Shown here piece by piece: positions 1 through 13,619 of a stretch of 64,000 nucleotides of DNA. Each line of letters begins with the position of its first letter. The stretch's first letter is position 1. The position numbers and the translations under genes were made by a program. The stretch comes from Camelus ferus (taxonomy: Eukaryota). The notes below the pieces were generated by a model. That model was given only the letters and a program-made list of their open reading frames with translations. It ran no database searches and was not told the origin of the DNA. Where the stretch lies: the NCBI RefSeq assembly GCF_009834535.1, contig NC_045698.1, positions 7,256,001 through 7,320,000 on the forward strand. The letters run 5' to 3'.

Positions 1-1029
1 ACTAATAACTTAAATATATACATACATATAATCTTTTCCTTCATACACAATGACATCTTAACATCTAAAAAAATTAACAATTATTTCTTCATATTATCTA
101 ATACTTCGACCAACTTATAAATGTCCTCCATTCCCTAAAAATGTCTTTACAACTGGTTTGTTGGAGAACAGGATCTAAACAAGGTCCATATATTGCATTT
201 GATGTTATGTTTTTCAAGTCTGTTTTCAAAGTAGGATTTTTTCAAAGGCAAAACCTGAGCCTCCTATAAACATAAGGATCTAGATATTAAATATTTAATT
301 AACACAGTAATGAGGGAAGAAACAAGATGGCTGGTTAAAAGAAACTTTGAGAAACTGAGTATTTATAGGCATTAGAAAATGATTGCTAAGTTAGATTTTT
401 AAAAAACTAGTTAATAACCTCCAAGAAAATAAAACTTATAATCAAAACCTTTTTGATGATCTTTGCTACCAGGCAGAAATCATTTGCATCTTTACCAGAC
501 AAAATTAATCTCAGTTGCTAGCAGATAAGAATCATTTGCATCACTATCTGTTTTGTATATGATATCACCTTTTCTCATGGAGTTGTAAAGCATTTTAATT
601 AATCTTAAATAGCCTGAAATGAAGGAGCATACATGGTCATAGCATGTTAGACAAAGCCCCAGCATGATACTGAAAAAACAGGCCACTAAGTCATCCCTTT
701 TCTATTTCCAAGTTTTGAGATTCTCTTTTTTCTTAACATTCTTTTATCCAGAATAGTCTCGCCATTGGATTGTAATCCCATATGCTGACTTTATCTGCTT
801 GCTTCTAATGTACTTCAATAAAACGTGACTTTTAGATCAATATCTAGTTGCTAAAAATAACACCACATGTTATCAAATGGATGAAATGTTTTGGTGTCAC
901 TCAGTTATTAAATCATTACGGGATGTTGAAATAATGTTTATTAACTTATTTTATCATTAATCTCAGATTCTAATATGCAGGATTTCCTTTGGGTACTCTA
1001 AAGTAGAGGAGGTAGGCTTGTTTTGAAAG

Positions 1030-1600
1030 TGTTACCCACAAACTGGGTTCTTCTCTTGGAAAATGTCAAGTCAAAAGACACAACCAAGCCAAGGAGCAGG
1101 GAAGCATAGGATTTATCATTTGCAGCAAGTAAGAAGAACATGGGGATACTGCCCAAAGCAACGTCTCCCTGAACAGCAACGTTGGGGAAGTTTTAAGCCA
1201 AGGGTGCATGCATATTCATGAAGGAGCTTGGGTGGTGTGTGCATATTCATGAAGGGGCTTGAGCAGGGGAGAATTCAGCATAGAACTGGGGCAAAGATTG
1301 ACAGAGTCCAGGCTCTAGTTGATTCAGTCTTGAAGGTCAGCAGAGGTCAGCATCATCATTCCCTAGGTTCCAGTTAGTCTGGTGGTGGAGTGCTGGAGGG
1401 GGTCTGGATCCTGCAAGAGGGCTCAAGAATGTGTGTTATGACTAATCTTTATCTTCGAACAGAACCGGGAGTCTTTACCACTGATGCATTGTTTCCAATA
1501 TGATGGAGTGAATTCCCTGGCCTCCTCGGAGCAGACATTAGCCAGGCTTAGATCACAAAGTGGCTTAGGCTTCGACTGGCTTCTCTTATGGTAGAAACCT
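1030..1600 (-). mobile_element. Probable ERV solo LTR
   Basis: TGTTACC start, internal ATATTCATGAAGG duplication, LTR-like composition; family not recognised. Confidence 0.5.
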
Positions 1601-2514
1601 AAGTCTGGTTCTTTTCCTCCGGATGCCCTCTCCTTCTGCCTACAACGGCATCATCCTGAGATCTTTTGTTTGTTGACATCAAACACAGTACTCCCTTCCT
1701 TTTCTTCCAGGCTTCTTGGTGGTTTTCCTGAAATCCTAGGCTGGAAGTCTGAGGGGCTCTCCTTCTCCACCTGCATCTCTCCACCCTTCTTCCTTCTGAG
1801 ACTTTCACTGAAGGCCCTGGAATTTCTTCTTTTTGTAAGTTACACTAGCTTTTCTCCTTGACACCCATTTCTGATTTGCTCTGCTTCTCCTACGTTCTTG
1901 AGTGTCTTCAAAGTGGCCTTGTTGCCTGGTTTAGCAGAGGGAGCCCCACAATATATGTCAGGTATTTCTTCCTGTGTCTTCTTCAGAAGAGAGTTCCTTG
2001 AAGCTAATGTGGTACCCACTTGCCAGGAATATGAGACAAAGGAAAAGCGTTTATTTAAAAGTAGATGTTCCCATTTTCCTTCTGGGCAAACCAAGGATGA
2101 CAATCTAATTCCTCAGCCTTGAATCTGACCTCACCCCTAATTTGACACCAAACTATCCTAATATATTTATCTAATTTTATTGTGAAAATTTTTGAAAGTA
2201 TGAAAAAATCAAGAATTAATATAAGGAATACATTTATACTCTACTAAGATTCAAGTGCTAATATTTTGTCTCATTTGTTTTATCTCTTTTTATTCTGACC
2301 TGTTTAAAACTAAGTTGCAGACATCATGACATGTCATCGCTCAATACTCTTGTGTGCTCCTCTAACAATAAAAACCTTCTTCCACATCACCACAATGCCA
2401 CTGTCACAGCTATGGAAAGTGTTAATAACTCCCTAATTCATCTAATATTTATTTCATATTCAAGTTTTTCCAATTGTCCTCAAAATGGCCTATATGGCTG
2501 GCTGGCTGGCTGGC

Positions 2515-2522
2515 TTTCTTTT

Positions 2523-2610
<88 letters not shown>

Positions 2611-2612
2611 TC
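2515..2612. repeat. (TTTC)n microsatellite preceded by (GGCT)n
   Basis: Long near-perfect tetranucleotide run seen directly. Confidence 0.97.
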
Positions 2613-3755
2613 AATCTGTAAATGTCTGTTAGATCAAATTTGTTGATAATGCTATTTAAATCGTCTATACCTTTACTAATTTTTGTTTACTTTGTCTTAT
2701 CAGTAAATAAACATCCTGAGAGAGCAATGTTCATCTAAATCTCACCACCTATAATTGTAGACTTGTTTATTTCTCCTTTCAGTCCTGTCAATGTTTCCTT
2801 CTTGTATTTGAAGCTCTTTTCACGAGATGCACACACACTTAGGATTTTTATATTTTTCTATTGAGAATCTTTTTATCATAATAAAATAGTTCCCTTTACC
2901 TCTGACAATATTCTTTGTCCTGAAGTCTACTTGAGTAATGCTAACACACTTACATGACTTTTGAAAAAAATCTAGGATCCAATCAAGATTCACATAGTGC
3001 TTTTGGTTTCTTTATCTCTTTTAAACTAAAATAACCCCAGCAATGATTTTTAAATATGTTCACAAATTGTTGAATTCTCCCATGTCAAGTGGTGGAACCT
3101 CCCTTTGAGTGTGGGCTGTACTTACTGACTCACTTTCAATAAAGAGAATGTGGCAAAAGTTACAGCTTGTGCCTTCTGAGACCAGGTCACACAAGGCATG
3201 GTGGCTTTCTCCTAGCTTTCTCTTGGACCACTGTGTGAATTACTGTTCATGGTTGTTTAAGTAGCTCAGTTCTGGGGTAATTTGTTACTCAGCAATAGCT
3301 AACTGATACAGTGCCCATTTAATTACACTCCCCTGTATTTCCTGTGAACTCGAAGGTAAGTTTAGAGGGTTGATGAAATTCAACATTTTTGACAAGAGTG
3401 TTTATAGGTTGTTTGAAGAACTTCATGTTCTAGTTCATCAGCAGGTACATAATGTTAGATGTTCCACCATGAGTGGTGTTATATTTGATTACTTGGTTCC
3501 TTTACTGAAACTCTTGTACCATGTGGTACAACTTAGCCTGGGAAAAAGTCTGTGTTTGATTAGAGATCACAGTATGTGGAATCAAAAGATCTAGGACTCC
3601 AGTCCTGATGCTATCCATGGTTTCAGCTTCCTGCCCTTGGGTGAGTTGTTTCTCAATGTGCGGATTTTTGACAGCAGGGTGGGGTGGGAGTGGGGCTGGC
3701 ACCCCTAACCTCCTCATATTTCAGGGGTCAATTGTATTGCATTGCTGACAGAACT

Positions 3756-4060
3756 GTTGTAGGAAGGCCACACAAGATTGTCAGGCAGTGAGAAGAAGCA
3801 TGGAACTCAAAACACTCCTTCTCAGAACACCGATTCCTTGACCTTTTTCTTGTCTCCCATATCTTTCCCCACAGCCCAGGACATCCTTACTTTTTACCCC
3901 ACAGATGTTTTAAGCTCTTAGCCTTCGAGGATGCAGATTTGAGACTTGTTCTCCAGTCTCCTCGCTTGACTGTCTTCTAAATAAACCTTTCTTTGCTGCA
4001 AACCTCCGCATCTCAGCCTCTGTCTCCACATCTGGCAAATGAACCTCGTATCTGGCGATA
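3756..4060 (+). mobile_element. Probable ERV1-type LTR fragment
   Basis: GATTTGAGACTTGTTCTCC..AATAAACCTTTCTTTGCTGCAAACC resembles an LTR R/U5 region. Confidence 0.5.
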
Positions 4061-7000
4061 GATTTTAATTTAAATTCCTGCAAGAGAGAAAGGTCATGAT
4101 GTCAGGGTGAGAAACGCAGTGTCTACTAGTGCGGTGAGAGCTGCTGTGAAGGAGGTATCAGCACGGAAAGAGGGCAGAAATGCACGATTTTGCTAATTCA
4201 AAGCCAAATGCACAGAGGGCAGTTTCCAACTCCTTCGAGTTGGAAGTCAGCAAAGCACTGGCCAAGACAAATGAGAGGGCATCATGATACCCATTTATCA
4301 GTGTATTTTTCTTTCCCCTAACTAGCTCTTAGCCTGAATAATAGAACTTAATTTTAAAATATGGATAAACATGATTAGATTTTGGCATTCAAACCTAAAT
4401 TCACAGGCTTTTTTGAGCAACTCTGCTTTCTTTCTTTCAAAGGTGAAAATTCTGCCTTACCATTCTGGAAAGTGGGGAAACATCTCATTTTTAGGAGTGA
4501 GGTCTGTTTTTATAGGAAAAGGACTCCATTCTATCACCATTTAGGATACCAGTGGTATTAGTTATCTCTTGTGCATAACGAATGTCCCTAAAACTTGGGG
4601 GCTTAAAGCAACGAGATACTGTTTTTCCAGTTTCTGCTGGTCTACCCGGGGTCAGACCGCTGGTGGAGATGCTGAGTAGAAGATGGCCTCATTCACATCC
4701 TGGGGCCTTGGCTGGGCTGCTGGTGGGGCTTCTCTCTCCACACAGACTCTGGCTGTTCCAAGACATTGAAAATGGAATTTACAATACCTCTTAAGGCCTA
4801 GTGTCCAAGGTTGCACAATGTCACTTCTGGCGCATTTTATCCACCAAAGCAAGTCAAGAGGTCAGCGCAGAGTCAAGGGGTGGAGAATGAGGTCCCACCT
4901 CTTGATTTAGGGAAGAGCAGCAAAGTCACGCTGCAAAGGGGCGAGGACGCAGGACACCGTTTGTGGGGGCCATGACCATCACAATGCACCGCACTATTGT
5001 TAATAACTTTTAAAGCTCATATAAACATTAATTAAATTAGCTCTTGGTTCTGAAACTAAACTGGATGAAATTAGACAAAAGATCTATTTTGGATCAGAAA
5101 CTTGCGTTCATTGCAGCTTTGATGTAGTTAATCTTTATTGAAAACTATCAGGAACCACTTATAGATGAGTCAGAGAAATCTGACCCTGTGGTTTTTACGG
5201 GTATTTTAACCATCAACTAAGAGAAGAGTAATGCAAATCCATTAGCTATTTTTAAAACCACTGTTATTATTTAATTGTATGTCAAATCCCTTAGGTTTCC
5301 TGAGGCCTAAACATTTCATAATGTTGTAGAATTCTGAAATGATCCAATTCCCAAGAGGCTGCAGACAAAGCTGAACATAAATGTGAACTGCGGGGAAGGT
5401 CCCCAGAGTAGAACGCACAGAGGCAGCCAGGATAGCCCTTGTACACGCAGCTCAGAACTTGGCTCTCTTGTCATTGCAGGCTGCCAAGCCTGTCACACTC
5501 TGGCAATATGGAACAATGCCTGGATGGGAACCAGGGCCACTCCGACATCTGACCACCTCTGCAGTCTGGGCTAATTCCAAGAATTCCTTGGGAAGACGGT
5601 GACATGAAAAAATACCAAAGTCTGAAACTGCCCCCACACCTGCCCCAATTATCCATGCTTTTGAAATTCATCATGCTCTTTTTCGCTTCAGAGCCTTTGC
5701 ACTAGCAGTCCTCCCTGACCTTGAACTTGATTCCTCAAGGGCAAGTAAGGAATGTGCTGTGAATTGAAGCAAGAGCTTCAGCATCCTGGAAGCTCTTTGG
5801 CTTGCTCCTCTGTTGCCCTTAGCCCAGATTTTCTGTCTCCAACCATCTTTACGGAATGTTTTTTTCTCTGAAACCTTGAGTCAAGGGCCCTTTCTGCAAC
5901 ACCCCCCAACCTGTGCCAGAGCCCAGGGTCTTAATGCTTGAGGAGAAATGACACCACCCTGGGAACAGGTCCTACAGAGACACTGGGTGGCTGGAATTCT
6001 GAGTTCTTACAGAACAGGGGATGGAGGGAAGAGGCACAGGAACAGAGAAACAAGAAAAAAAGGAAGAAAAAATCAGCTTCTTGGAGATAAGTAACTCCTT
6101 TTCACACTTCTGCTGACTGAGGGTGGCCCTTAAGTAGCCATCTGGGAAGAGCTTGGAGAGGTTGCAAACGTGGGGCTGGGTGTGGGGTTGGGGCGATGTA
6201 TGCCACATAAGAGGGCACCCTGTGTACTGGGCTACCATTACAGACTGGGCACCCCCACCCCACCCCTACTCCACAGAGATGGAGAGTGAAGGCTTTGTCC
6301 TGAACCAAAAGAATCTGAGTTTTCATGTGAAGCTATTTCCTTATTGTAGCTCAGTTGGAAGAAACACACAGGTAAACCTTCAGCAGCTGGATATGCCCTG
6401 GGTGCTACCAATGTTACTGCCATTCTTTCTCCCTGGGAAAAAATGACTAAAATGTTTCTGACTCCAGGGGGCTCTCCATCTCCCTCACTACCTCCCGCTT
6501 TTCATGGTCCTGTGATTGTTCCCCACCTGCCTCCTCCACGCTTTCCCCACCTTCTTTTCTGGCTCTTTGCCTCCAGGTTTTCCAGTCTCTCTTCTGGTGG
6601 TAGCCTCCACCCAAACCTCCATCTTCAGGCCTCCCTGCCTCCCCTCTTTCAAGGGCATGGCTCCAATACACGGGCTGACCAACCTGCCCAGCCGCAAGTC
6701 CTGGGGTGGCTGCCAGGGCCTAAAGGGTCAAGTCCAGACTTCCTAGCATGGCATCGAAGTCCAGCTTCAGTTTGTTCTCAGGCCTGTCTCCCCCAATCCT
6801 GTTCCCCTGCCACCACTGCCAAGTGATCAGGCATTCACATGGCTGGCCTTGAACCCATGCTGATCCCCCCTGCTGGCTGCTGCAAATTCTCTTGGAGGTG
6901 GAGGCAAATATTATTTCAGCTGCAAAGCCGTGCTCTCTGCAAGAGCTCACCAGAATCCCCACTGCAACCGGCCCCTGCTGTGGACTTCTGCCCTCTCTGT

Positions 7001-7291
7001 GAAAGGGTTAGTGCTGGGAGCTGGGATGTCTGTGTCCCTCTCACCAGCAGGAGGATGTCCTCACTGGACCGAGCCCTCCTTGAACTTTGTCTTATTCCTC
7101 TCAATATAGCGAGGAATTCCTCTCTTAGGTCACCGTATAGCAGGCTTTCTGTATAAAAGATTCTCTGTCAACACCTGGGAGGTAATGTATCCTGGGCTTC
7201 AGCAGATCTATTCAATTGCTTTTTGAACTGGTCCCGTCTCCGTCTTCCCCAGATATCTCAGATTAGGTCTTGGACGGTTCCTTGAACTGTT

Positions 7292-7860
7292 AGAGTTACC
7301 ATATAGTCCAGTAATCCACTCCCAGGAATATAGCCAAGAGAATTGAAAACATATGTCCACACAGAAACTTATACATAAATGTTCATAGCAGCATTGTTCA
7401 TACCAGCCAAAAAGTGGGAACAATCCAAGGGTCTATCAGCTAATGAATAGAGAAATAAAATGTGTTGTATCCACACAATGGAATATTATTCGGTGATAAA
7501 AAGAAATGACGGTACCAACGCATGCTAAAATATAGACGGACCTAGATACCGTGCTAAGTGACAGACGCCAGCCGCGAAAGCCCACGTGATACACGAATTC
7601 CTTCACATGAAACGTCCAAAATAGTCAAATCTCTAGAGACACAAAGTAGATTAGAGGTTGCCAGGAGCTGAGGGGAGGGGAGAGGAGAAGTGGAGAGCAA
7701 CTGCTAATGTGTTTAGATTTCTTTTTACAGAAAGGAAAACGGTCCAAAATTGATTGCGGTAAGGATTGCACCACCCCGTGAATGTAAAAACCACTGAATT
7801 GCACATTGGATGAATGGTATGGTTTATGCGAGTTAGATCTCAATAAAGAGGTTAAAAATG
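7292..7860 (+). mobile_element. Old L1 (L1MB-like) 3' end
   Basis: GAGTTACCATATAGTCCAG..CCACACAATGGAATATTATT..AATAAA. Confidence 0.8.
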
Positions 7861-7999
7861 GAGCACTGAGGATTATTCTCAGAGGAATGTACACCGTGTA
7901 TCTTTTCTGTTTTTTAAGTGCAAGAAAATCGCCTCAGAAACAGCCTCTGGCTTTGGTCTTTATCACTTTTTCTTCAAGTCTCCGTTTTCCCTTCTCCCT

Positions 8000-9090
8000 C
8001 TTGCCGCCCGGATGGGTGGGGTAGGGTTGGGGACAACAGAGGGTGGGCGAGGCGCCTCTAGCCGCGCCCCCAGGGGGCGGGCTGCCCGCCAGGCCGGCCT
8101 GCGGGCGCGCACGTGGTGCCGGGAGGGTCACCCGCCCAGCCTGCCCAATGCAGGGACCCTCCACCCTCGCCCAGCCCCAGGGGCCGTGGTCCTGGGGAAA
8201 GTGGGGCACGCGGCACTAACCAAGGTTTTGGGCCCAAGCGCATCCCAGGCACCCTGGAGACCCCGAAACCAACCACAACCCGTCTGGCAGCCGAGAGAAC
8301 GGGCTTTTCAAAGGGCCCGGGTGGCGGCGGCACCGCTGGATTGTCCCCCCCAGGGAGGCTGCCGACCTCAGACAGCGGGGGGAGAAAGGAGAACTGCGGG
8401 CGCCGGCGGGACAGAGAGGCCTGGTGTCCTTGGGTGGGCGCGATGTCCCCCGAGGGCCTCCCGAGGGTCGGGGGTGGGAGGGCGGACCTGGTCACTGGCG
8501 CCGAGTCAGCAGAACCCGTCCTGACTCTCCCAGCGAGACCTGGCTCCGAATCAAAGGGACGGCAGGGGACGGGAGGTTGGTCAAAAGGCAATGTTTGTAC
8601 TAGGGAGAAAGGCAAATAGGAGCGTGGAGCGGTGGGGTTTGGGGGTCGCGGAGAAAGCAGAAGCGCGGCGGCCAGGAGCCAGTGCGGGGGCGGGGGCGCC
8701 GGGGTCACGCGGCACCCTGCCCGGCCGTGTGGGCACCATGCACAGGACAGGCCGGGACCCCGCGAGCAAGCGGAGGGGGTGCGAAGGGAGACAGCGGTGT
8801 AGACGCTTCGTGCATCAGATGCACGGAGACGGGTTAAACATCACCCCCGTGTACTTGCAATCCAGCCACGCAAATGGACACCGCGTCCCAGGCGCCCCAC
8901 AGTCTCCTGAGTCTGCCTCTAAAATGCGTGACAGCTGGAGGAATCTCAGAGACAGAAAAGAGAGGACGTCTCGCCTGGGGAGCTGGGGGTTGGAAGGAGA
9001 GCCGGAGCCATTCACCTGGGCGGGGGCCCTGGAACTTCGCCTTTGGGGCCAGCTCACAAGCTTCTGTCTCTGCTACCCTCCGGCCGAAGT
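8000..9090 (-). promoter_or_regulatory. CpG island, probable promoter and non-coding first exon of the divergent neighbour (CMBL by synteny)
   Basis: CpG density seen directly. Gene identity and strand are inferred only from the recalled head-to-head CMBL-MARCHF6 arrangement in human; no CMBL coding exon recognised in the window. Confidence 0.6.
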
Positions 9091-9239
9091 GACAGGATGC
9101 TTCAGGAGCTGGTGGTAGATGCCATCTAGAGTTGCAGGGATGAGCAAGAGGGCAACTGTCCATTTGACCCTTCTTTCTTGTAACTAGTTTTTCATTGCCA
9201 TAATAATTTACATTCATTATTTAACAATATATAAAATAC

Positions 9240-9752
9240 GTTGAATAGAATAATGGCCTTCCGAAGATATCCACCTCCTAATTCCCAGAACCTGTAAATA
9301 TGTTAAAGGCCAAAAAAAAAAAAAAAAAAAAAAAAAAGGCAGAAAGAAAGAAAGAAGAAGTAAAGGACTTTGCATAGATGATTAAGTTAAGGAATTTGCG
9401 ATGGGTGATTAGGCTGGATTATCCAGAGGGCACAGTGTAATTACGGGGGTCCCTAGAAGAGAGAAGCTGAAGAGTTAGAGTCAGAGGAAATGTGAGGACA
9501 GAAGCAGAGATTGGAATGATGCAATTGCTGGCTTTGAAGGTGGAGGAAGGAAACAGCCGGGAGAACGAACAGCTTCTAGAAGGTGGAAAAGGCAAGGAGA
9601 TAGGTTCTCTAGAGCCTCCAGGAGGAATCAGGCCCATGAAACAAACCTATTTCAGACTTTTGACACCCAAACTGTAAGATCATAAACATGTATTGTTTTA
9701 AGCCACCACGTTTGTGGTAATTTGCTACAGCAGCCAGGGGACATGGATACAC
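9240..9752 (+). mobile_element. MaLR LTR (MLT1D-like) with internal poly(A) run at about 9312-9337
   Basis: AATAATGGCC..CAGAACCTGTAAATATGTT..TTTAAGCCAC..GGTAATTTGCTACAGCAGC..ATACA. Confidence 0.8.
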
Positions 9753-11102
9753 ATATCCTAAAAATGAAGAAAATGAGCCCTACGTAATCCACTCCCAGGA
9801 TGAACTTGTGATTTTTAGTATCTAACTTCGCAGTCAACTGAGAACCGGAATTCATGTGAGAAGGCATTTGTAAAGGCTGAAGTGCCACACAGCTAATGCT
9901 GGCGTGGCCAATTCTACCTGCTAAGAGGGACTTGATGCTCACCTAGTGCCCAGATCTGGGGGTTCCGAGTACCATTCTCCACTAAAAGGAACCAGAGCTC
10001 CATGGAGAAATGACCAATTTCAGGATTCAGGTAGGAAAAAGACAACATGTGCCCCAAACCTATTATTCTGCCAGACAGTGAGGAAGTGCTCAAAGAAAGG
10101 AGCATCTCAAAAGGACCAAAGATCGTTAACTTGCATAGGCTTCCATTGGACAAATCTGAGATAATGATGTTACTTAATTATAATTATTCTTACTTGATGC
10201 TATTAGAATCATAGCCTGAAGGAAGAATCCACAAGTGCATGCAGATATAATTATATACATAAATAAATATACAGGGAGACAGGAAAGGTCTTCTTTACAG
10301 TAGAATATCAACCAATGAATGTAGAAGGAATAATGGAATTAGAAAATGCTGTTTGGAGCCACCAGAGTAATAATCATGTATAATAATTGAGTCAGGGAGA
10401 ATTATCAATGGATGCTAAAACGGTGGGTGAAACTTTAATGAGAAACAGGATTTGCATATGGTCTCGAACTCTTTCTGCACAGAACACCAACTACAAAAGG
10501 GAAAATAGTAACTTGGCCACCATCTTAACCAAGGGATCAAAGTTAATGTCACCGTAACAGGGCAAGTTGACAATATGTGGCTCTAACATGATGCAATGGA
10601 AGGGCACAACATCGCTTTGATGCTGCTCCAGCCTCAGTTGCATCACCTGAATTTCACGGTGAGGGAGTATCAAACAAATCAAACTGAAAGACATTTCACA
10701 AAATAACTGGCCTGCATCCTACAAAAAAGTCCATCTCATGAGCAACAAAGACTAAGGATTTGTTCTTTACTGAAGGGAACTAAAGAGATGTGACAACTAA
10801 ATGCAATATGGATTCTGGATTGGATTCTGGACCAGGAAAAAATATTTTTTCCTCCTTTCCTTATAAAGGAACTTAGTCATGCTACAGCATGGATGAAACT
10901 TGGGGAAAGTGAAATTACCCAGTCAAAAAGGAAACATATTGTGTGATTCTACTTTTATGAAGTACCTGAATAGTCAAATTCATAGAGACAGAAAAAATAG
11001 TGGTTATGGGGGCTGAGGAGGAGGAGGAATGCAGAATTATTGCTTAATGAGTACAGACTTTCAGTCTGAGATTATGAGAATCAACTAGAAATGGATAGTG
11101 GT

Positions 11103-12344
11103 TGCTGTGGACTGAATGGTGTGTCCCCCCAAATTCACGTATTAAAACCTCATCCTGAAATGCAAATCAAACCTGTAATATGGTATCACCTCACACTAAT
11201 CAGAATGGCCATCATTCAAAAGTCCACAAACGATAAATGCTGGAGAGGGGGTGGAGAAAAGGGAACCCTCCTACACTGCTGGTGGGAATGTAGTTTGGTG
11301 TAGCCATTGTGGAAAACAGTATGGACAGTCTTCAAAAACTAAAAATAGACTTACCCTATGATCCAGCAATCCCACTCCTGGGCATATATCTGAAGGGAAC
11401 TCTAATGTGAAAAGATACATGCACCCCAATTTTCATGGCAGCACTGTATACAATAGCCAAGACATGGAAGCAAACTAAATATCCATCAACAGATGACTGG
11501 ATAAAGGTGTGGAATATTTGTACAATGGAATACTAATCAGCCATAAAAAAAGAATAAAATAATGCCATTTGCAGCAACATGGATGGACCTAGAGATGGTC
11601 ATTCTAAGTGAAGTAAGCCAGAAAGAGAAAGAAAAATACCATATGATATCACTCATATGTAGACTCTAAAAAGAAAAAGAAAGAAGACCAAGGACACTAT
11701 GAACTCATCTACAAAACAGAAACAGACCAGCAGACATAGTAAACAATCTTTTGGTTACTGGGGAAAGGGGGTGGGAAGGGACACATTTGGAAGTTTAAGA
11801 TTTACAAATGTTAGCCACTGTATATAAAAATAGATTTTAAAAAAATTTTCTGCTGTATAGCACAGGGAGCTATGTTTAATATCTTGTAATAACCTTTAAT
11901 GAAAAAGAATATTAAAATGAATATATGTATGTATATGCATGACTGGGACACTGTGCTGTACACCAGAAATTGACACATTGTAACTGACTGTACTTCAATT
12001 AAAAACCAAAAAAAACGAGATATCTATGGAGGAAAAAAAAAAACCTCATCCTAATGTCATGATATTTGGAGATGGGGCCTTTGAGGGGTGGTTAGGTTAT
12101 GAGAGGGGTTAGTGTTCTTATAGAAGAGACCCCAGAGAGCTCTCAGCTCCCTCCAACCTAAGAGGACACAGTGAGGAGATGGCTGTCTGTGAAACAGAAA
12201 GCAGGTTCTTACCAGACATCTAATCTGCCAGCTCCTTGATCTTGGACTTCCAGCATGCTAGAATGGTGAGAAGTAAATTTCTGTTTACAGCCACCCAGCC
12301 AGCCTATGGTATTTTTGTTATAGCGTCCCATAAGGACTAAGACA
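11103..12344 (+). mobile_element. MaLR LTR (MLT1A-like) split by the L1 above
   Basis: TGCTGTGGACTGAAT...GACTAAGACA termini; 5-bp TSD GTGGT at 11098-11102 and 12345-12349. Confidence 0.88.
11157..12039 (+). mobile_element. Relatively young 5'-truncated LINE-1 (ORF2 end + 3'UTR + A tail)
   Basis: [36 protein letters not shown] is the L1 ORF2 C-terminus; TSD AAAACCTCATCCT at 11144-11156 and 12040-12052. Confidence 0.93.
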
Positions 12345-13250
12345 GTGGTGATGGTTGCACAACATTGCGAATGTTCTTAATGTCATGAATTGTACACTTA
12401 AAAATGGCTAAAATGGTAAATTTAATGTTATATATGTTTTACTGCAATAAAAGCTAATTTTTGAAAACCACAATTTAAAAAAAGGACATTTGTAAATGGC
12501 AAAATTTGTATAAGGTGTGTAGATTATATAACAATGGTGTGCCAATGTTAATTTTCTCACTTTGGTAAATGTACTGGTTATCCAAGAAAATGTCCTTTTT
12601 TTAAAAAGAGAAATATATATGAAGTATTTAGGGGCAAAGAGGCAATATGTTGCAATCTACTCTCAAACGGTTCAGAAAAATTAATGTATACAAATTATTC
12701 ATGTATGCTAGACAGAATGGTAAAGGAAATGGGGAATGTGGGTGTAATGTATAGGAGAATTTGTACTATTATTGTAGCTTTTTGGTAAATCTAAAATTAT
12801 TTCAAAATAAGCAGTTTTTAAAATTGGAAGAGGAAACTGACTGGAAAGAAAGGAGACGCTGCTTGGGGGAAACAGAATTCTAGTGCCTGAGATTCCCTTG
12901 CAGCAAGCTGTCCGGGCCTCCACAGCTCTGGGATGCCCTAACCCTGGCGGATCAGGATCAGGGGTTACAGGATTTCACCGCACTGACTGGTGGGGAAGAA
13001 ATTAGTCAGATCGAGAAAGACAAATACTGTATGACTTCACTCATATGTGTAATCTTAAAAAAACCAACAAAACAAACAAAATAAAACAAAAGCAGACCCA
13101 CAGATACAGAGATCAGATTAGTGGTAACCAGAGGGAAAGTGGGTTGAGGGTGGGTGAAATGGATGAAGGGGGTCAACTGTATGGTGACTGATGGTAACCA
13201 GCCTTGTGGTGATCACCCTGTAGTGTATACAAATTATAAAGTGTCGAATT

Positions 13251-13340
13251 TGGGGGTGGGGTATAGCTCAGTGGTGCTTAGCATGCACGAGGTGCTGGGT
13301 TCAATACCCAGTACCTCCCTTAAAAATGGTAAAAATAAAA
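13251..13340 (+). mobile_element. tRNA-derived SINE (camelid Vic-1-like)
   Basis: GGGTATAGCTCAGTGG A-box, GGGTTCAATACC B-box, A-rich tail; TSD TGTCGAATT at 13242-13250 and 13341-13349. Confidence 0.85.
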
Positions 13341-13619
13341 TGTCGAATTATAATGCTGTACTCCTGAAACATACTACTACTACCAATCATCATCATAAAA
13401 CGTGCAGAACGAATTAGTGGTGACAGACATCACATCCATGTGCGGGGAAGTGGGTACTGACTGGGAAGGGCAGGAAGGAATTCTGTGCAGTCCTGGAAAT
13501 ATTCTATGTGTTGATCTGGGTGCTAGTTACAAGTTACCAAGATGTGCACTTAAGCTCTGTGCACTTTTTACTGCATGTGTTAATCCTCCATTAAAAAGAT
13601 TTAGACTGCTCCCACCCCC

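Larger units (their letters stand above)
10875..12480 (+). mobile_element. Old L1 (L1MB-like) 3' end split by the MLT1 insertion
   Basis: GCTACAGCATGGATGAA..GTCAAATTCATAGAGACAG..ATGGATAGTGGT joins GATGGTTGCACAACATT..AATGGTAAATTT across the insertion. Confidence 0.75.

Noticed and set aside
2331..2621. ORF with a repeated SFFL hydrophobic tail
   Set aside because: Translation of the (TTTC)n microsatellite.
1..8000. CMBL coding exons
   Set aside because: No CMBL-like peptide recognised; probably intron 1 if the synteny inference holds.
8012..9217. Several overlapping 127-216 aa ORFs on both strands
   Set aside because: Pro/Gly/Arg/Ala-rich products expected from stop-codon scarcity in a CpG island; no recognisable domain.
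13251..13320. tRNA gene
   Set aside because: Has an A tail, a TSD and an internal deletion, and matches three other dispersed copies, so it is a SINE.
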